A stretch of 45,487 nt of DNA, from positions 1-45,487 of the IMG/VR virus record IMGVR_UViG_3300008255_000023; one strand, written 5' to 3'. Position numbers and translations under genes: made by a program. The notes below the pieces were generated by a model. That model ran no database searches and was not told the origin of the DNA. It saw only the letters and a list, made by a program, of their open reading frames with translations. The stretch comes from a virus. Its lineage: Duplodnaviria; Caudoviricetes. Positions 1-8,868 of this stretch are shown here, piece by piece (within the stretch, counting starts at the first letter, position 1; every line of letters starts with the position of its first letter).

Positions 1-123
1 AGCGCATGGAAGACCGTTCGAATTATCTTCGATTCCTGACCCGTGACAGACCTCACAGGGACCGCCTGAGACGCCCCCAGATTGATTTGTTTCGACCGCC
101 TTAGCACTTACGACGGTAAAACC
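1..123. repeat. 123-bp direct terminal repeat (left copy); circular-assembly overlap
   Basis: 1-123 is identical to 45365-45487, and a minus-strand ORF reads through the junction without a stop. Confidence 0.95.
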
Positions 124-639
124 ATTCGAAGCGTCCTGCGTCGATTCTGGAGCGGTCCACGGCTTAACTAAGTGTTCGACGTCGGTAAGCGATAGCTTGA
201 GAGCCTCGAATAGTTTCCCGCGTTCGATGTTCTTCGCGTTCCGCAAAACATTGTACCGCCAATCCTCGTGACGCTTAACGCTTGCCCGGGCCGCGTAAAG
301 CTCTCGGCGAGTCTCGGCGAGTTCGACTCGAAGGTCGTTTCGCTCGGCCTCGTGCTCGGCGAGGATCTGCTCGCGCCACGATTGCGAATCTTCTTCGTCG
401 AGACCGACCTCGGTAGCAAGGTCCCGAAGTCGTTCGAGCCTCTCTGGTTGTTTGCGAACGATAAACTCGTCGAAGGCGTTCGAGATCTGGTCGAAGCTTG
501 GCTCGCCGTCGAGTGTGTAGCCCTTGGCGCCGAGCGCGTCGACCATTGCGACTTGGACTTCGTCCATGCCAGGCTCGGCGGTCTCGGGCGACTTGGCGAA
601 GATGTTAAGTTTTTGGAGTGTGGCTCGAATCGGTTTCAT
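1..639 (-). CDS. Junction-spanning 226-aa protein with coiled coil and C-terminal DnaJ-type zinc finger (continues 45364 down to 45323)
   Basis: Hand translation from ATG 639 (upstream CGAGGGTCAAAAC): MKPIRATLQKLNIFAK...PCEVCHGSGIEDNSNGLPCAFCDGTGVIHKADR*. It has two CxxCxGxG motifs, and its TGA overlaps the ATG of 45015..45326. Not in the ORF track. Confidence 0.85.
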   Translation of the reverse strand, partial: MKPIRATLQKLNIFAKSPETAEPGMDEVQVAMVDALGAKGYTLDGEPSFDQISNAFDEFIVRKQPERLERLRDLATEVGLDEEDSQSWREQILAEHEAERNDLRVELAETRRELYAARASVKRHEDWRYNVLRNAKNIERGKLFEALKLSLTDVEHLVKPWTAPESTQDASNGFTVVSAKAVETNQSGGVSGGPCEVCHGSGIEDNSNGLPCA

Positions 640-699
640 GTTTTGACCCTCGTTTGTGAGGATCGAAGAAATAACCGCGCCGGTTGTTGGCGTCAAGTT

Positions 700-1125
700 C
701 TTTTAACAGTTCGTTCGATTTGGTTCGGTTCGGCGCGTTAGCGTCGTTCGCTTCGCTCGGCCGCTTCCCCCCTCGAAAGGGGCCGAGGCGATAGCTTGAG
801 CGACCTGCAAGGGTAGAGGACCGCAGTGTTAGCGCCAGCGGCAAACGATGAGCCCGGCGAAGCAAGGGCGACAGGTTCGACACCCGGTAGGGCGGGATAG
901 CTTTAGCTTCCCCCCTTTAGGGGGGAGAAAGTTACTGCACTAATTTAATGTGTAATCTCAGTGTGTTAGCTCGTTATATATAAATTAGTGAATTCTGCAC
1001 TAACTCGCTATTTTTCGCCGAGCGTATAGGGTAGCCTAAGGCTACCTATACGGGTTTATCTCAGAATTCGAAAACCGAGATAGTGTTGCGGAAATAGAGA
1101 TAGTGTTGCCGATAGGATCGTAACC
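700..1125. promoter_or_regulatory. Divergent non-coding control region / candidate replication origin
   Basis: Lies between divergent gene sets. Contains an AT-rich core (about 930-1015), inverted repeats CCCCCCT-TT-AGGGGGG (about 910-925) and CGTATAGgGTAGCCT-A-AGGCTACCTATACG (1023-1052), direct repeats GAGATAGTGTTGC x2 (1077, 1097) and CTGCACTAA x2, and GTTCG runs at 709-760. Confidence 0.5.
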
Positions 1126-1173
1126 GTGAAACTAGCTAATCAGGCCGTTTCTGTAATAAACGAGGGTCAAAAA

Positions 1174-1680
1174 ATGAGTGAAAGAATTACCGTTCGAGAG
1201 TATCGAGCGTTCTGCGAAACCATGTATTCTTGCCCGCCAGGCACCGATCGAGAGACCTATCTCGAATGGTTACTCGCCGAAGAGCTGGGCGAAGTCGCTT
1301 CGCTATTCTCGAAAGCAATAAGAGACGGCGCCGTCTTGTCGACGCACTTAGGCACGATCACCGTATACGGTCCCGACGCCGTTCTCGTGCACAACCGACA
1401 CCTTCTTGAGAAGGAGCTCGGCGATGTTATGTGGGCGGCCGTGATGAAGTCGAAGCAAGATCTCGACGCCGTCGCGTGGTCAGACTTCGAGTCGGCGCCG
1501 CTCGACTTCGACCAGTGGCACGCGCATTATATGGTATGCACTTCGACCGAGTTCGAGCGCGCCTGTATGCTTGCGGTCGGGTTCGGGTTCGATCCTGAGT
1601 GGATCGCGCTCGCCAACGTCGCGAAGCTCAAAAGCAGAAAGGCGCGCGGTGTCGTTCACGGCGCGGGAGACAACCGATGA
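1174..1680 (+). CDS. MazG-like nucleotide pyrophosphohydrolase (alternative GTG start at 1126)
   Basis: EELGEVA and EKELGDVMW acidic helices, plus the phage-type C-terminus NVAKLKSRKARGVVHGAGDNR. Confidence 0.85.
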   Translation: MSERITVREYRAFCETMYSCPPGTDRETYLEWLLAEELGEVASLFSKAIRDGAVLSTHLGTITVYGPDAVLVHNRHLLEKELGDVMWAAVMKSKQDLDAVAWSDFESAPLDFDQWHAHYMVCTSTEFERACMLAVGFGFDPEWIALANVAKLKSRKARGVVHGAGDNR

Positions 1681-1904
1681 AAAGAAGTTATGACGCGACC
1701 GAGTCGACCGACCCGAATCTTCGACCTAAGAGACTGCTCGCAAGCGCCGCGGCCGTTGCAGTGTTCGTCGGCTCGATACCCTATGAGAAGCCGCCCAAAG
1801 GTCCGGCGTACGGCCCGCGGTTCATCTACTGCGACCAGTGTAAGAAACGCATGAGCAAGCACCACGAGTGCGCACGAAACGAAAACAAGAGAGACGAACA
1901 ATGA
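1677..1904 (+). CDS. Hypothetical protein with C-terminal CxxC...HxC zinc-binding motif
   Basis: ATGA overlaps with both neighbours; YCDQCKKRMSKHHEC. Confidence 0.6.
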   Translation: MKRSYDATESTDPNLRPKRLLASAAAVAVFVGSIPYEKPPKGPAYGPRFIYCDQCKKRMSKHHECARNENKRDEQ

Positions 1905-2464
1905 CAAAGCGAAACGAACTTATTCTATGGATCGATCTTGAAACTACCGGGCTCGATTATGAAGCCGACCCGATCCTCGAAGTCGGTTATATTTTGACCG
2001 ATACCGACCTCACGAAGATCGCCGAGGGTTCGCACGTCGTACGAAAGCACGCGATCTCCGAACTCCGACTCGCCGCCAACGGTTACGTGCGAGCAATGCA
2101 CAAGGCGAGCGGCCTTCTCGAAGAGCAAGAGAACACCTTCGATTGTATGCACCTCGGAAACATCGAAGAGAAATTGATCGGACTACTCGACGAACACGGC
2201 GACGAAGACACCGTCGTTTATCTCGGCGGTAACTCGGTTCACTTCGACCGGCGCTTCATCGCTTACGATATGCAAGATCTAGACGCCAGGCTCTCGCATA
2301 GACACTTCGACGTTCGAGTCTTCGAGCTTGCCGAATCGTTCTGGGGCGAGGATCGAAAACTCGTGTCGTATGGGTCGAGGCACCGCGCGCTCGACGATAT
2401 CAATTACAGCCTCGACGTCGCAAAGGCCGCGCGGGCTCACCGGTTTAAACCTTCCGACCTCTAA
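1901..2464 (+). CDS. orn: Oligoribonuclease (DEDDh 3'-5' exonuclease)
   Basis: WIDLETTGL (ExoI), MHKASGLL, GNSVHFDRRFI (ExoII) and HRALDDI (ExoIII) are the Orn signature motifs. Confidence 0.9.
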   Translation: MTKRNELILWIDLETTGLDYEADPILEVGYILTDTDLTKIAEGSHVVRKHAISELRLAANGYVRAMHKASGLLEEQENTFDCMHLGNIEEKLIGLLDEHGDEDTVVYLGGNSVHFDRRFIAYDMQDLDARLSHRHFDVRVFELAESFWGEDRKLVSYGSRHRALDDINYSLDVAKAARAHRFKPSDL

Positions 2465-4790
2465 ACGGTAGGATATTCGAATCAGGGTCGACCGACCCGA
2501 TCTCGAATTCGTTGTCGTCGTAATGCCAGCGCGTCGCCAGAACTTCCGACTCGAGCTCGACGAGATAACCGTTCGTCTTGTCTTTGTAGTGCGTCGGCGT
2601 GCATGGCATCAACTCGCCGTATTCGTCGGCGAGTTCAGTCAGTTCGGTTACGACGTAGCCGTGACTTCTTGAGTCGAGCGCGCGCAATCCGAGCTCGGCT
2701 CCGTCCGTAAATCGAACATAACCGCGCGTCGCGTACTCGCTCAAAAGAACTTGAATTCGGCGCGGTCCCGGTAAGTCGGTCTCGGCCGACAGAACCTCGG
2801 CGAGCTGTTTCGGTGCGTAAAGTTCGCCGCGCCGAGCCCGCTCGTTAATCTCTAGCAAGATCCGATTACGTTGTCGCCGACCCTCGGCGTTCCACGCCTG
2901 AAGCTGGGTCTCGCCCGCTTCGATCTCGTGGTCCTTGCCAACGTCGACGAAGTCGCCGTCGCGATACTCGACGCGTTTCGGCCCGGGCGCCATACCGGCC
3001 CGAGTGTCAAAAAATACCATTCGATCGTCTGTGTCTTCTGAGATCTTCGAGATGAAGATCGCGCTCGTGTAATAGCCTCGAAGCGCCGAAGCGCCGCGAA
3101 GAGCATTAAACGGATCTTCGATCATCTCGCGCCGGTTCGTCTTGTTTGCATGATGTAGAATGATGATCCCGGCGTCTGGGTTTATCAGGTCTCGGAACTC
3201 GTCGAGAAGTCGAAGAAAGACGAACATCTCAGCGTTCGAATTTTCGTTCCCGTCGTACATGTTTTGGAGCGGGTCGAAGACCAGCACGTCGGGCGGGGCG
3301 CCCTTGTCTGGGTAGCTCGCTTGAGCGAAGTTTAAATAATGCGGGAACGTGTCGCGATTAAACGGCGCGACGCACTTCTCGGTATAAATAAAGTTCCGCG
3401 AAAGTCTGTCTTTCTCGGTCGGCGAATATCCGGTCGTCTGCCTGAAATTGTGGATTCGAGATCGCATCATATCGGCTGACATCTCGAATTGAATCAGGAA
3501 TACGCGCAAAGGCCGAAGGGGCGCGAACCCGAACCAGGGTTCGCCGATCGCCATCTTACAAGCCAGATCTAAGAGCATGAGCGACTTTTGGCTTTTTGGC
3601 GGCCCGGCAATAACTGAGAGCGTTCCTTTAGGTAGAAGGCTTTGGATTAGGTGCGGTTCGTAAGGTGTTCGATCTTCCCAAGCGTCGGCGAATGACATCG
3701 TTTTGATATTCGAGAAGGGCGAGCCCACGACGCCGGCGTCGTGCGAAAGCGCTCGAAGACTTTCGGCGTTGCCGAAGTCGGGAACCCGGCCTGAGCCTTC
3801 CGCCTGTCTTTGGATCGACTGCATGATCGAAGTCACGAACCCGATTGCGTTGATATAAGGATCGTTGGTCTTCGAGTAGGGCTCGCTCGGGTCCAGAAAT
3901 AACGGCTTATCATGCGCCCGCAAGTCGAACGCCACGATCTCGCGAGCTGTAACACTGACGTCTTTGCCAGCGGCGAGACAAGCGGCCGTCATAGCCTTTA
4001 AGGAGTCGTTTCGACCTCTCGGTCCCGTAACGTCGCCGGGCGCGCTAGGCGCTCCACTGGCGCCCGTGTAAAGGTATTTATCGGGCGACTCACCGGCGAG
4101 GACAAGGTCGACAACCTCTTCGAACGTACTCCAGTCGTATCGGATATTTTTGTCAGACTCGACGGTTACAACGTGTCCACCCTCTCGCTTCCAGTTTATT
4201 AAGCCAGGCAATCGAAGCAAGCACGCAAAGTTTCGGGTTATGTTCGAGTCGAGACCGAACCCGAAAGCGCGCGCCGACTTCTGAAGCATAGCCTCGAAGA
4301 GACTCGCGTCGCGCTTGCCTTCCATCCAATCGCCGGCGCCGAAGTCGCGCGGCTCGGTAGCTCGCCAGTATAAATGGAACCCGCCGCCCGAGTGTATGAT
4401 CGTCGACGGCTTGATCGGCAGTGAAGCGATCCATGCTCTGGCGGCGTCGAAGGTCGGCGCGATTGCGCCTGCTTGTTTGTGTCCGCCCGCTTCGTATACG
4501 TCGACCTCGGCCCACATCCCCGGCGAGCACGAGACGAAGGATTCGTCGCCACGATCGCCGGGCGGGGGAAGCCTTGATACCGGTGCCACCCTTAAATAAC
4601 AGTTGTCGCCGTTTGCGTTTCGTCGGATCGCTTCTTCGACCGCTAATTGATAACCCTCGGCGATCGCGTAACAGCTCGTCGAGACCCGGCCGTCGCGAAT
4701 AAAGGTTAACTGTAGATATCCACGATCGACGAATTCGAACCAATTCGTTAGGAATTCCGACGCGATTGCGCCGGCTTGGCTGCTTTCCAT
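2445..4790 (-). CDS. Primase-helicase fusion (RepB'-like primase plus AAA_25/RepA-like helicase)
   Basis: N-terminal WAEVD...IIHSGGGFHLYW...LLRLPG; central RGRNDSL; Walker A-like AGPPKSQKS; Walker B VLVFDP; IIILHHANK; LRGASAL. Confidence 0.85.
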   Translation of the reverse strand: MESSQAGAIASEFLTNWFEFVDRGYLQLTFIRDGRVSTSCYAIAEGYQLAVEEAIRRNANGDNCYLRVAPVSRLPPPGDRGDESFVSCSPGMWAEVDVYEAGGHKQAGAIAPTFDAARAWIASLPIKPSTIIHSGGGFHLYWRATEPRDFGAGDWMEGKRDASLFEAMLQKSARAFGFGLDSNITRNFACLLRLPGLINWKREGGHVVTVESDKNIRYDWSTFEEVVDLVLAGESPDKYLYTGASGAPSAPGDVTGPRGRNDSLKAMTAACLAAGKDVSVTAREIVAFDLRAHDKPLFLDPSEPYSKTNDPYINAIGFVTSIMQSIQRQAEGSGRVPDFGNAESLRALSHDAGVVGSPFSNIKTMSFADAWEDRTPYEPHLIQSLLPKGTLSVIAGPPKSQKSLMLLDLACKMAIGEPWFGFAPLRPLRVFLIQFEMSADMMRSRIHNFRQTTGYSPTEKDRLSRNFIYTEKCVAPFNRDTFPHYLNFAQASYPDKGAPPDVLVFDPLQNMYDGNENSNAEMFVFLRLLDEFRDLINPDAGIIILHHANKTNRREMIEDPFNALRGASALRGYYTSAIFISKISEDTDDRMVFFDTRAGMAPGPKRVEYRDGDFVDVGKDHEIEAGETQLQAWNAEGRRQRNRILLEINERARRGELYAPKQLAEVLSAETDLPGPRRIQVLLSEYATRGYVRFTDGAELGLRALDSRSHGYVVTELTELADEYGELMPCTPTHYKDKTNGYLVELESEVLATRWHYDDNEFEIGSVDPDSNILPFRGRKV

Positions 4791-4895
4791 GTTTTCCCTA
4801 TTTCTGCGAGTGACCCTCGGTTAAGGGTCGAAGCTAACGATCTAGCGGCGTTCGAGCAAGTTCTAAAATAATCGAAGAAAAACAACTTTGACGTC

Positions 4896-4924
4896 TTGAC
4901 CCGAACTAAAAGGGCAATTATAAA
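4896..4924 (+). promoter_or_regulatory. sigma70-type promoter for the recombination/replication operon
   Basis: TTGACC-17 nt-TATAAA with an A-rich upstream region. Confidence 0.7.
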
Positions 4925-4969
4925 CGGTGGGCATTGAGAGAACTCAAACCGCATACCGAGGATCGGAAC

Positions 4970-5386
4970 ATGCCAAGATTCAACGCACATCATTTAGCAT
5001 ATTCGCCTGTCGACTGGTTCGATTCTGTCGAGATTAACGTCGGCGACCGAGTCGAAGCTATTGTTCGTCGCAAGCGAGACGAACGGTGCAGAACGACGAT
5101 CTCGACCATGCGGTCGACGATGATCGTTCTCGAAGTCGGCGCCGACTTCATTATCGCAAGAGACGAAGAACCGGTCGACGACATCTTTCGTCGGCGCATG
5201 ACCGTCAAGTTCGAGCTAACGCTCGTCGACGTGTCGAACGAATCTACAGGCAGGGGCGCGCGAGTCGAGTTCTACGGGCTCGCCGGACCGAAAGCCGAAT
5301 ACTGGGCCGCCGACCGCATTGTCGGGCTTGTGCGTCGCACTGAGCGGCCCGAAACCACAACCGCCAACCAAGAGGCTGGAGTATGA
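4970..5386 (+). CDS. Hypothetical protein
   Basis: ATG 4970 follows CCGAGGATCGG; stop overlaps the next ATG. Confidence 0.7.
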   Translation: MPRFNAHHLAYSPVDWFDSVEINVGDRVEAIVRRKRDERCRTTISTMRSTMIVLEVGADFIIARDEEPVDDIFRRRMTVKFELTLVDVSNESTGRGARVEFYGLAGPKAEYWAADRIVGLVRRTERPETTTANQEAGV

Positions 5387-5769
5387 AAACCGAACTCGAA
5401 CTCGCGCTCAAAGAATATTGCATCGCGAAAGAAAACGAAGACTACGCAAAAGAACGGCGTTACGCCGCCGAGGCGAAGATCTTAAACCTTGTCGACAAGA
5501 GACCAGAAGGCCAGGTCTCGGAACTTTGCGGACCTTATAAGGTCGTCACGAAATACAGGGTCAACCGGGCGATCGATGCCAAAAAGTGGGAACAGATCAA
5601 GGGTAGCCTTCACCCAGATATCGCGAACCATATCGTCGCGTACAAGCCAGCCTTGGTCCTTAAAGGGTACCGTTGGATCGAAGAGAACGATCCGCAGTCT
5701 TTCGCGGTACTTCAACAAGCGATTACATCGACGGCCGCAAAGCCGTCGATCAGTGTGGAGATCGTCTAA
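5383..5769 (+). CDS. Hypothetical protein of the phage recombination module
   Basis: SD GGAG, coupled to both neighbours, directly upstream of the Sak4-like ATPase. Confidence 0.7.
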   Translation: MKTELELALKEYCIAKENEDYAKERRYAAEAKILNLVDKRPEGQVSELCGPYKVVTKYRVNRAIDAKKWEQIKGSLHPDIANHIVAYKPALVLKGYRWIEENDPQSFAVLQQAITSTAAKPSISVEIV

Positions 5770-6461
5770 TGGCATTCAACCTTCAGCCCGTTAGCGAGCT
5801 GGCTCGCGCCCGTGGAATCAAGATCCTTATCCACGGTCCGCCCGGCGTAGGTAAAACCGTTCTGTGTTCGACCTCGGGCGTACAAGAACAGACCGCCATG
5901 ATCTCGGCCGAAGGCGGACTGCTCTCGATCGTTGGGACCGGTCTGGTCGGCGCCGAGATCCGAACCTTTAAAGAGTTCGAAGAGTCTTACCGGTTCTTCG
6001 CATACGACGCCGGAGCTCTCGGTTGGTTCCATACCGTTTGCCTTGATTCAATTTCCGAGATCGCCGAGATCTGTTTACAGCACGAACTCGCATCGGCGAA
6101 AGACCCTCGGCAGGCTTACGGCGAACTCGCCGTTAAGATGAAAACAATGATCCGAGCGTTTAAGGATCTGCCTTACAATATTGTTTTCACGGCGATGCAG
6201 GAGAAGGAACAGACCGACGAAGGAACGAAGTTTTTTCCCGCCCTTCCCGGTCAACAGCTCTCGGGCAAGGTAAACTGGATCTCGCACCAGTTCGACGAAG
6301 TGTTCGCTTATAGAATGGTGAACGACGAAACGGGTAAACCTCGGCGATTGCTTCAAACGCAACCCGATGTAATGTATGACGCGAAAGATCGTTCGGGGCT
6401 TCTCTCGTTTTGGGAAGAACCGAACTTAGGAAATATTTTTACAAAGATTCTAGCCGGATAA
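5769..6461 (+). CDS. Sak4-like / AAA_24 ATPase (putative single-strand annealing protein)
   Basis: KILIHGPPGVGKT Walker A, SAEGGLLS, VCLDSISEI Walker B, AKDRSG; adjacent to the SSB-like gene. Confidence 0.85.
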   Translation: MAFNLQPVSELARARGIKILIHGPPGVGKTVLCSTSGVQEQTAMISAEGGLLSIVGTGLVGAEIRTFKEFEESYRFFAYDAGALGWFHTVCLDSISEIAEICLQHELASAKDPRQAYGELAVKMKTMIRAFKDLPYNIVFTAMQEKEQTDEGTKFFPALPGQQLSGKVNWISHQFDEVFAYRMVNDETGKPRRLLQTQPDVMYDAKDRSGLLSFWEEPNLGNIFTKILAG

Positions 6462-6507
6462 TTCGGCAGATAACCGCCCGATGTAGGGTCACAACGGAGA
6501 CAGGAAA

Positions 6508-7233
6508 ATGGCAAATTTACCAGGTCAGGGATTTAACCCGGGCGAAAACTTCGACGACGAACTTCTCGCAACCGGAACGAGTCACGTATTCGAGATCGTC
6601 GATTCGTCTTATGAGCAATCGAAGCACAAGGCCGGATCGGCTTACATCAAGATCACTTTCGACGGCGTTAAAGGAATGTCGAGCGAGGGTCATCGAGTAT
6701 GGCAAAACTTCACATGGGAGAACGACAACGCGACGGCCGTTCGAATGGGTAAGCGAGCGTTTAAAGCTCTCTGTGAAGCGTGCGGAATTATGTCGGTCGT
6801 AACGAATACTCAAGTTCTGCACGGTCGCCGGGTTCTTTGCGAAGTCGAACTCGAAAAGGGCTCGGGCGGATTCGCGGACAAGAACCAGATGGTCGACTAC
6901 AAGCCGATCAACGGTGCGGCCGCCACAGGAGCGCCAGCGATTCCGCAGGCGCCTTACCAGCCCCCAGCGGCGCCGCAGCAGTACCAAGCGCCACAAGCGC
7001 CACCACAGGCCGCGCCGCCCGTGTATCAAGCGCCCGTTCAACCGCAAGCGCCGCCCGTTGAGTACGCCGCGCCAGCACAACCGCAAGCGGCGCCAGTGTA
7101 TCAACCGCCAGCACAACCCGCGGCGCCACAAGCGCCGGTGCAAGCGCCACAAGTGACACAGCCCCCAGCGGCGCCGGCTTATCAGCCGCAAGCGCCAGCG
7201 GCGCCCACGGGCCGCCCACAGTGGGAACAGTGA
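6508..7233 (+). CDS. DUF669-like ssDNA-binding protein with long Pro/Gln/Ala tail
   Basis: OB-fold-like N-terminus (AYIKITF...HRVWQNF...FKALCEACG), PQAP repeats, ends PQWEQ. Confidence 0.75.
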   Translation: MANLPGQGFNPGENFDDELLATGTSHVFEIVDSSYEQSKHKAGSAYIKITFDGVKGMSSEGHRVWQNFTWENDNATAVRMGKRAFKALCEACGIMSVVTNTQVLHGRRVLCEVELEKGSGGFADKNQMVDYKPINGAAATGAPAIPQAPYQPPAAPQQYQAPQAPPQAAPPVYQAPVQPQAPPVEYAAPAQPQAAPVYQPPAQPAAPQAPVQAPQVTQPPAAPAYQPQAPAAPTGRPQWEQ

Positions 7234-7293
7234 TCGAAGTCGGCGGACAATAAAACGCGAGCGGCGAACAGGGTCGAACCTTTCGCCGCGTGA

Positions 7294-7364
7294 TCGGGAT
7301 GTAGCACTAAGGCAGTGCTACAGGGTCGCGCCCTGTGAAGCTGGTTCGATTCCAGTCGCCCGAC
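7294..7364 (+). tRNA. Atypical tRNA or tRNA-like RNA, anticodon CGC (nominal Ala); possibly pseudo
   Basis: Acceptor TCGGG(A)TG/CGCCCGA with a bulged A, TA linker, D stem GCAC/GTGC, anticodon stem ACAGG/CCTGT with loop GTCGCGC, T arm GCTGG-TTCGATT-CCAGT. No encoded CCA and no G3:U70. Confidence 0.55.
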
Positions 7365-7448
7365 TGACCTAGGAAGGGTCAACGAGTCCCGAAGCGGAGC
7401 CGATGTCAAACTCGGCGAGTATAGGGGCGTCGCGCGGACAATAAACGC

Positions 7449-7516
7449 AGTCGGCGGATATTGCGGATCGGGGTTCCCGGTCGCGGTCTATTGAGGTTCG
7501 AATCCTCGCGCCGACT
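7449..7516 (+). ncRNA. tRNA-like RNA lacking a D arm
   Basis: 8-bp stem AGTCGGCG/CGCCGACT, canonical T arm TGAGG-TTCGAAT-CCTCG, and one long hairpin (GATCGGG-GTT-CCCGGTC) in place of the D and anticodon arms. Confidence 0.5.
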
Positions 7517-7545
7517 TGACCGAAATTAAGAATCGAGGATCGATA

Positions 7546-8847
7546 ATGTCAGAATTTAAGCCAAACAAAGGCCAGGTCGAAGCATTGCAGAAGCTCGGCG
7601 AGTTTCTCGCCGATCCGGACGCGTTCGAATTTTGTTTAAGTGGTTTCGCCGGCACGGGTAAGACCACCGTGATTCAACGTGCATACGAAGAATTTCGGGC
7701 GAAGAACAAGAGCTTGATCGGCGGTGGTCTCGCCATGAGCGCGCCGACACACAAGGCCGTTAAAGTCCTATCGGCGATGGCCGTCGAGCAAAACCTACCC
7801 GTGCAAGTCGCGACGATCCACAAGATGCTCGCACTTCAAAAGTCATACGTCGAAGACAAGGTCGTATTCGTACAGAACCCGAAAGTCGAACCGATGGTAA
7901 AGTTCCTAACCGCGGTCGTGATCGATGAGTGCAGTATGGTCGGCGAAGGTCTCGACGCATTGATTCGACCTTATATTGAGGGCAAGCGCGTCAAGGTGAT
8001 CTGGATGGGTGACCGGCTACAGTTACCGCCCGTCGACGATACGAAAGCACGCGGCGAAGCGAGCGCCGAGAGTCGATCGTTCTCGGCGCCGGCGTCGCAC
8101 GACTTGACCGAGGTTATGCGAAACGGCGGTGTTATTGGCGAGGCTATCGCTAAGATCCGAGACAATATAACCGCCAAGGTTCCCGAGCTTGCGCGCGCCG
8201 CCAAAGATGAGCGAGGCACGATCGAAGTGTACGGCGCGCGTCTATGGTTCCGAAGGTTTCTCGAAGAGCTTGAGTCGGATCTCGACGTCGTGGCGTTAGC
8301 CTATACGAACAAGTCGGTCGACTGGATCAATCAGCACGTAAGGCTCGCGAAGTTCGGCCCGAACGTCGAACCCTATGTCGCCGGCGAGACCCTCGAAGCG
8401 GTTAGCTCGTTTGAGCAAATGGGAAAGATCGTGTTTTACACGGGCGAGCGAATGAAGGTCGTTAAGGCCGAGCGCGCCGAGGAACACTTCGCCGGCTTCT
8501 CGCTTCCGTGCTGGGAGCTCGAAGTTATTCTCGAAGACGGTTCAACCGACTTGATCGCAACCTTCGACGCTTCGCAAACCGCGGAATACGCGAAGCAGGT
8601 CGTCGCCGCGCGAGACCGCGCAAAGAAAGATCGCTCTCTTTGGGGCGCATACTATGAGCTAAAAGAGCGATTCTGCTCGGTCCGCCAAGGTTACGCCACC
8701 ACGATCCACAAGAGCCAGGGTTCGACCTATGATAAGGTTTTTCTCGCGCAATCGGACGTCCTGAAAAGCTGCCAAGATCCCGAACTTCGAAACAGACTTC
8801 TATACGTTGGATACAGTCGGACGAAGTCCGGCCTCTACCTTTCTTAA
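7546..8847 (+). CDS. Dda/RecD-like SF1B DNA helicase
   Basis: GFAGTGKTT, APTHKA, TIHKML, VIDECSMV, GDRLQLPPV, AYTN, YATTIHKSQGSTY, LLYVGYSR. Confidence 0.9.
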   Translation: MSEFKPNKGQVEALQKLGEFLADPDAFEFCLSGFAGTGKTTVIQRAYEEFRAKNKSLIGGGLAMSAPTHKAVKVLSAMAVEQNLPVQVATIHKMLALQKSYVEDKVVFVQNPKVEPMVKFLTAVVIDECSMVGEGLDALIRPYIEGKRVKVIWMGDRLQLPPVDDTKARGEASAESRSFSAPASHDLTEVMRNGGVIGEAIAKIRDNITAKVPELARAAKDERGTIEVYGARLWFRRFLEELESDLDVVALAYTNKSVDWINQHVRLAKFGPNVEPYVAGETLEAVSSFEQMGKIVFYTGERMKVVKAERAEEHFAGFSLPCWELEVILEDGSTDLIATFDASQTAEYAKQVVAARDRAKKDRSLWGAYYELKERFCSVRQGYATTIHKSQGSTYDKVFLAQSDVLKSCQDPELRNRLLYVGYSRTKSGLYLS

Positions 8848-8868
8848 ATCAATCTGAGGAACAGAACC

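Noticed and set aside
1-123. Physical direct terminal repeat of the virion DNA
   Set aside because: It falls in the middle of a gene that reads through the junction, far from the terminase genes, so an assembly overlap is more likely. Read-end data would be needed to settle it.
268-741. 157-aa plus-strand ORF, and many similar shadow ORFs in the track
   Set aside because: It is the antisense mirror of the real minus-strand gene starting at 639, with no RBS or motifs.
6930-7210. Repeat array (CRISPR or VNTR)
   Set aside because: These are degenerate codon repeats for the PQAP tail of the SSB-like protein, with no constant repeat and unique spacer pattern.
7234-7545. CsrB/RsmZ-like sponge RNA
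   Set aside because: About 8 GGA in 310 nt is near the chance expectation and few are in hairpin loops, so it is not supported.
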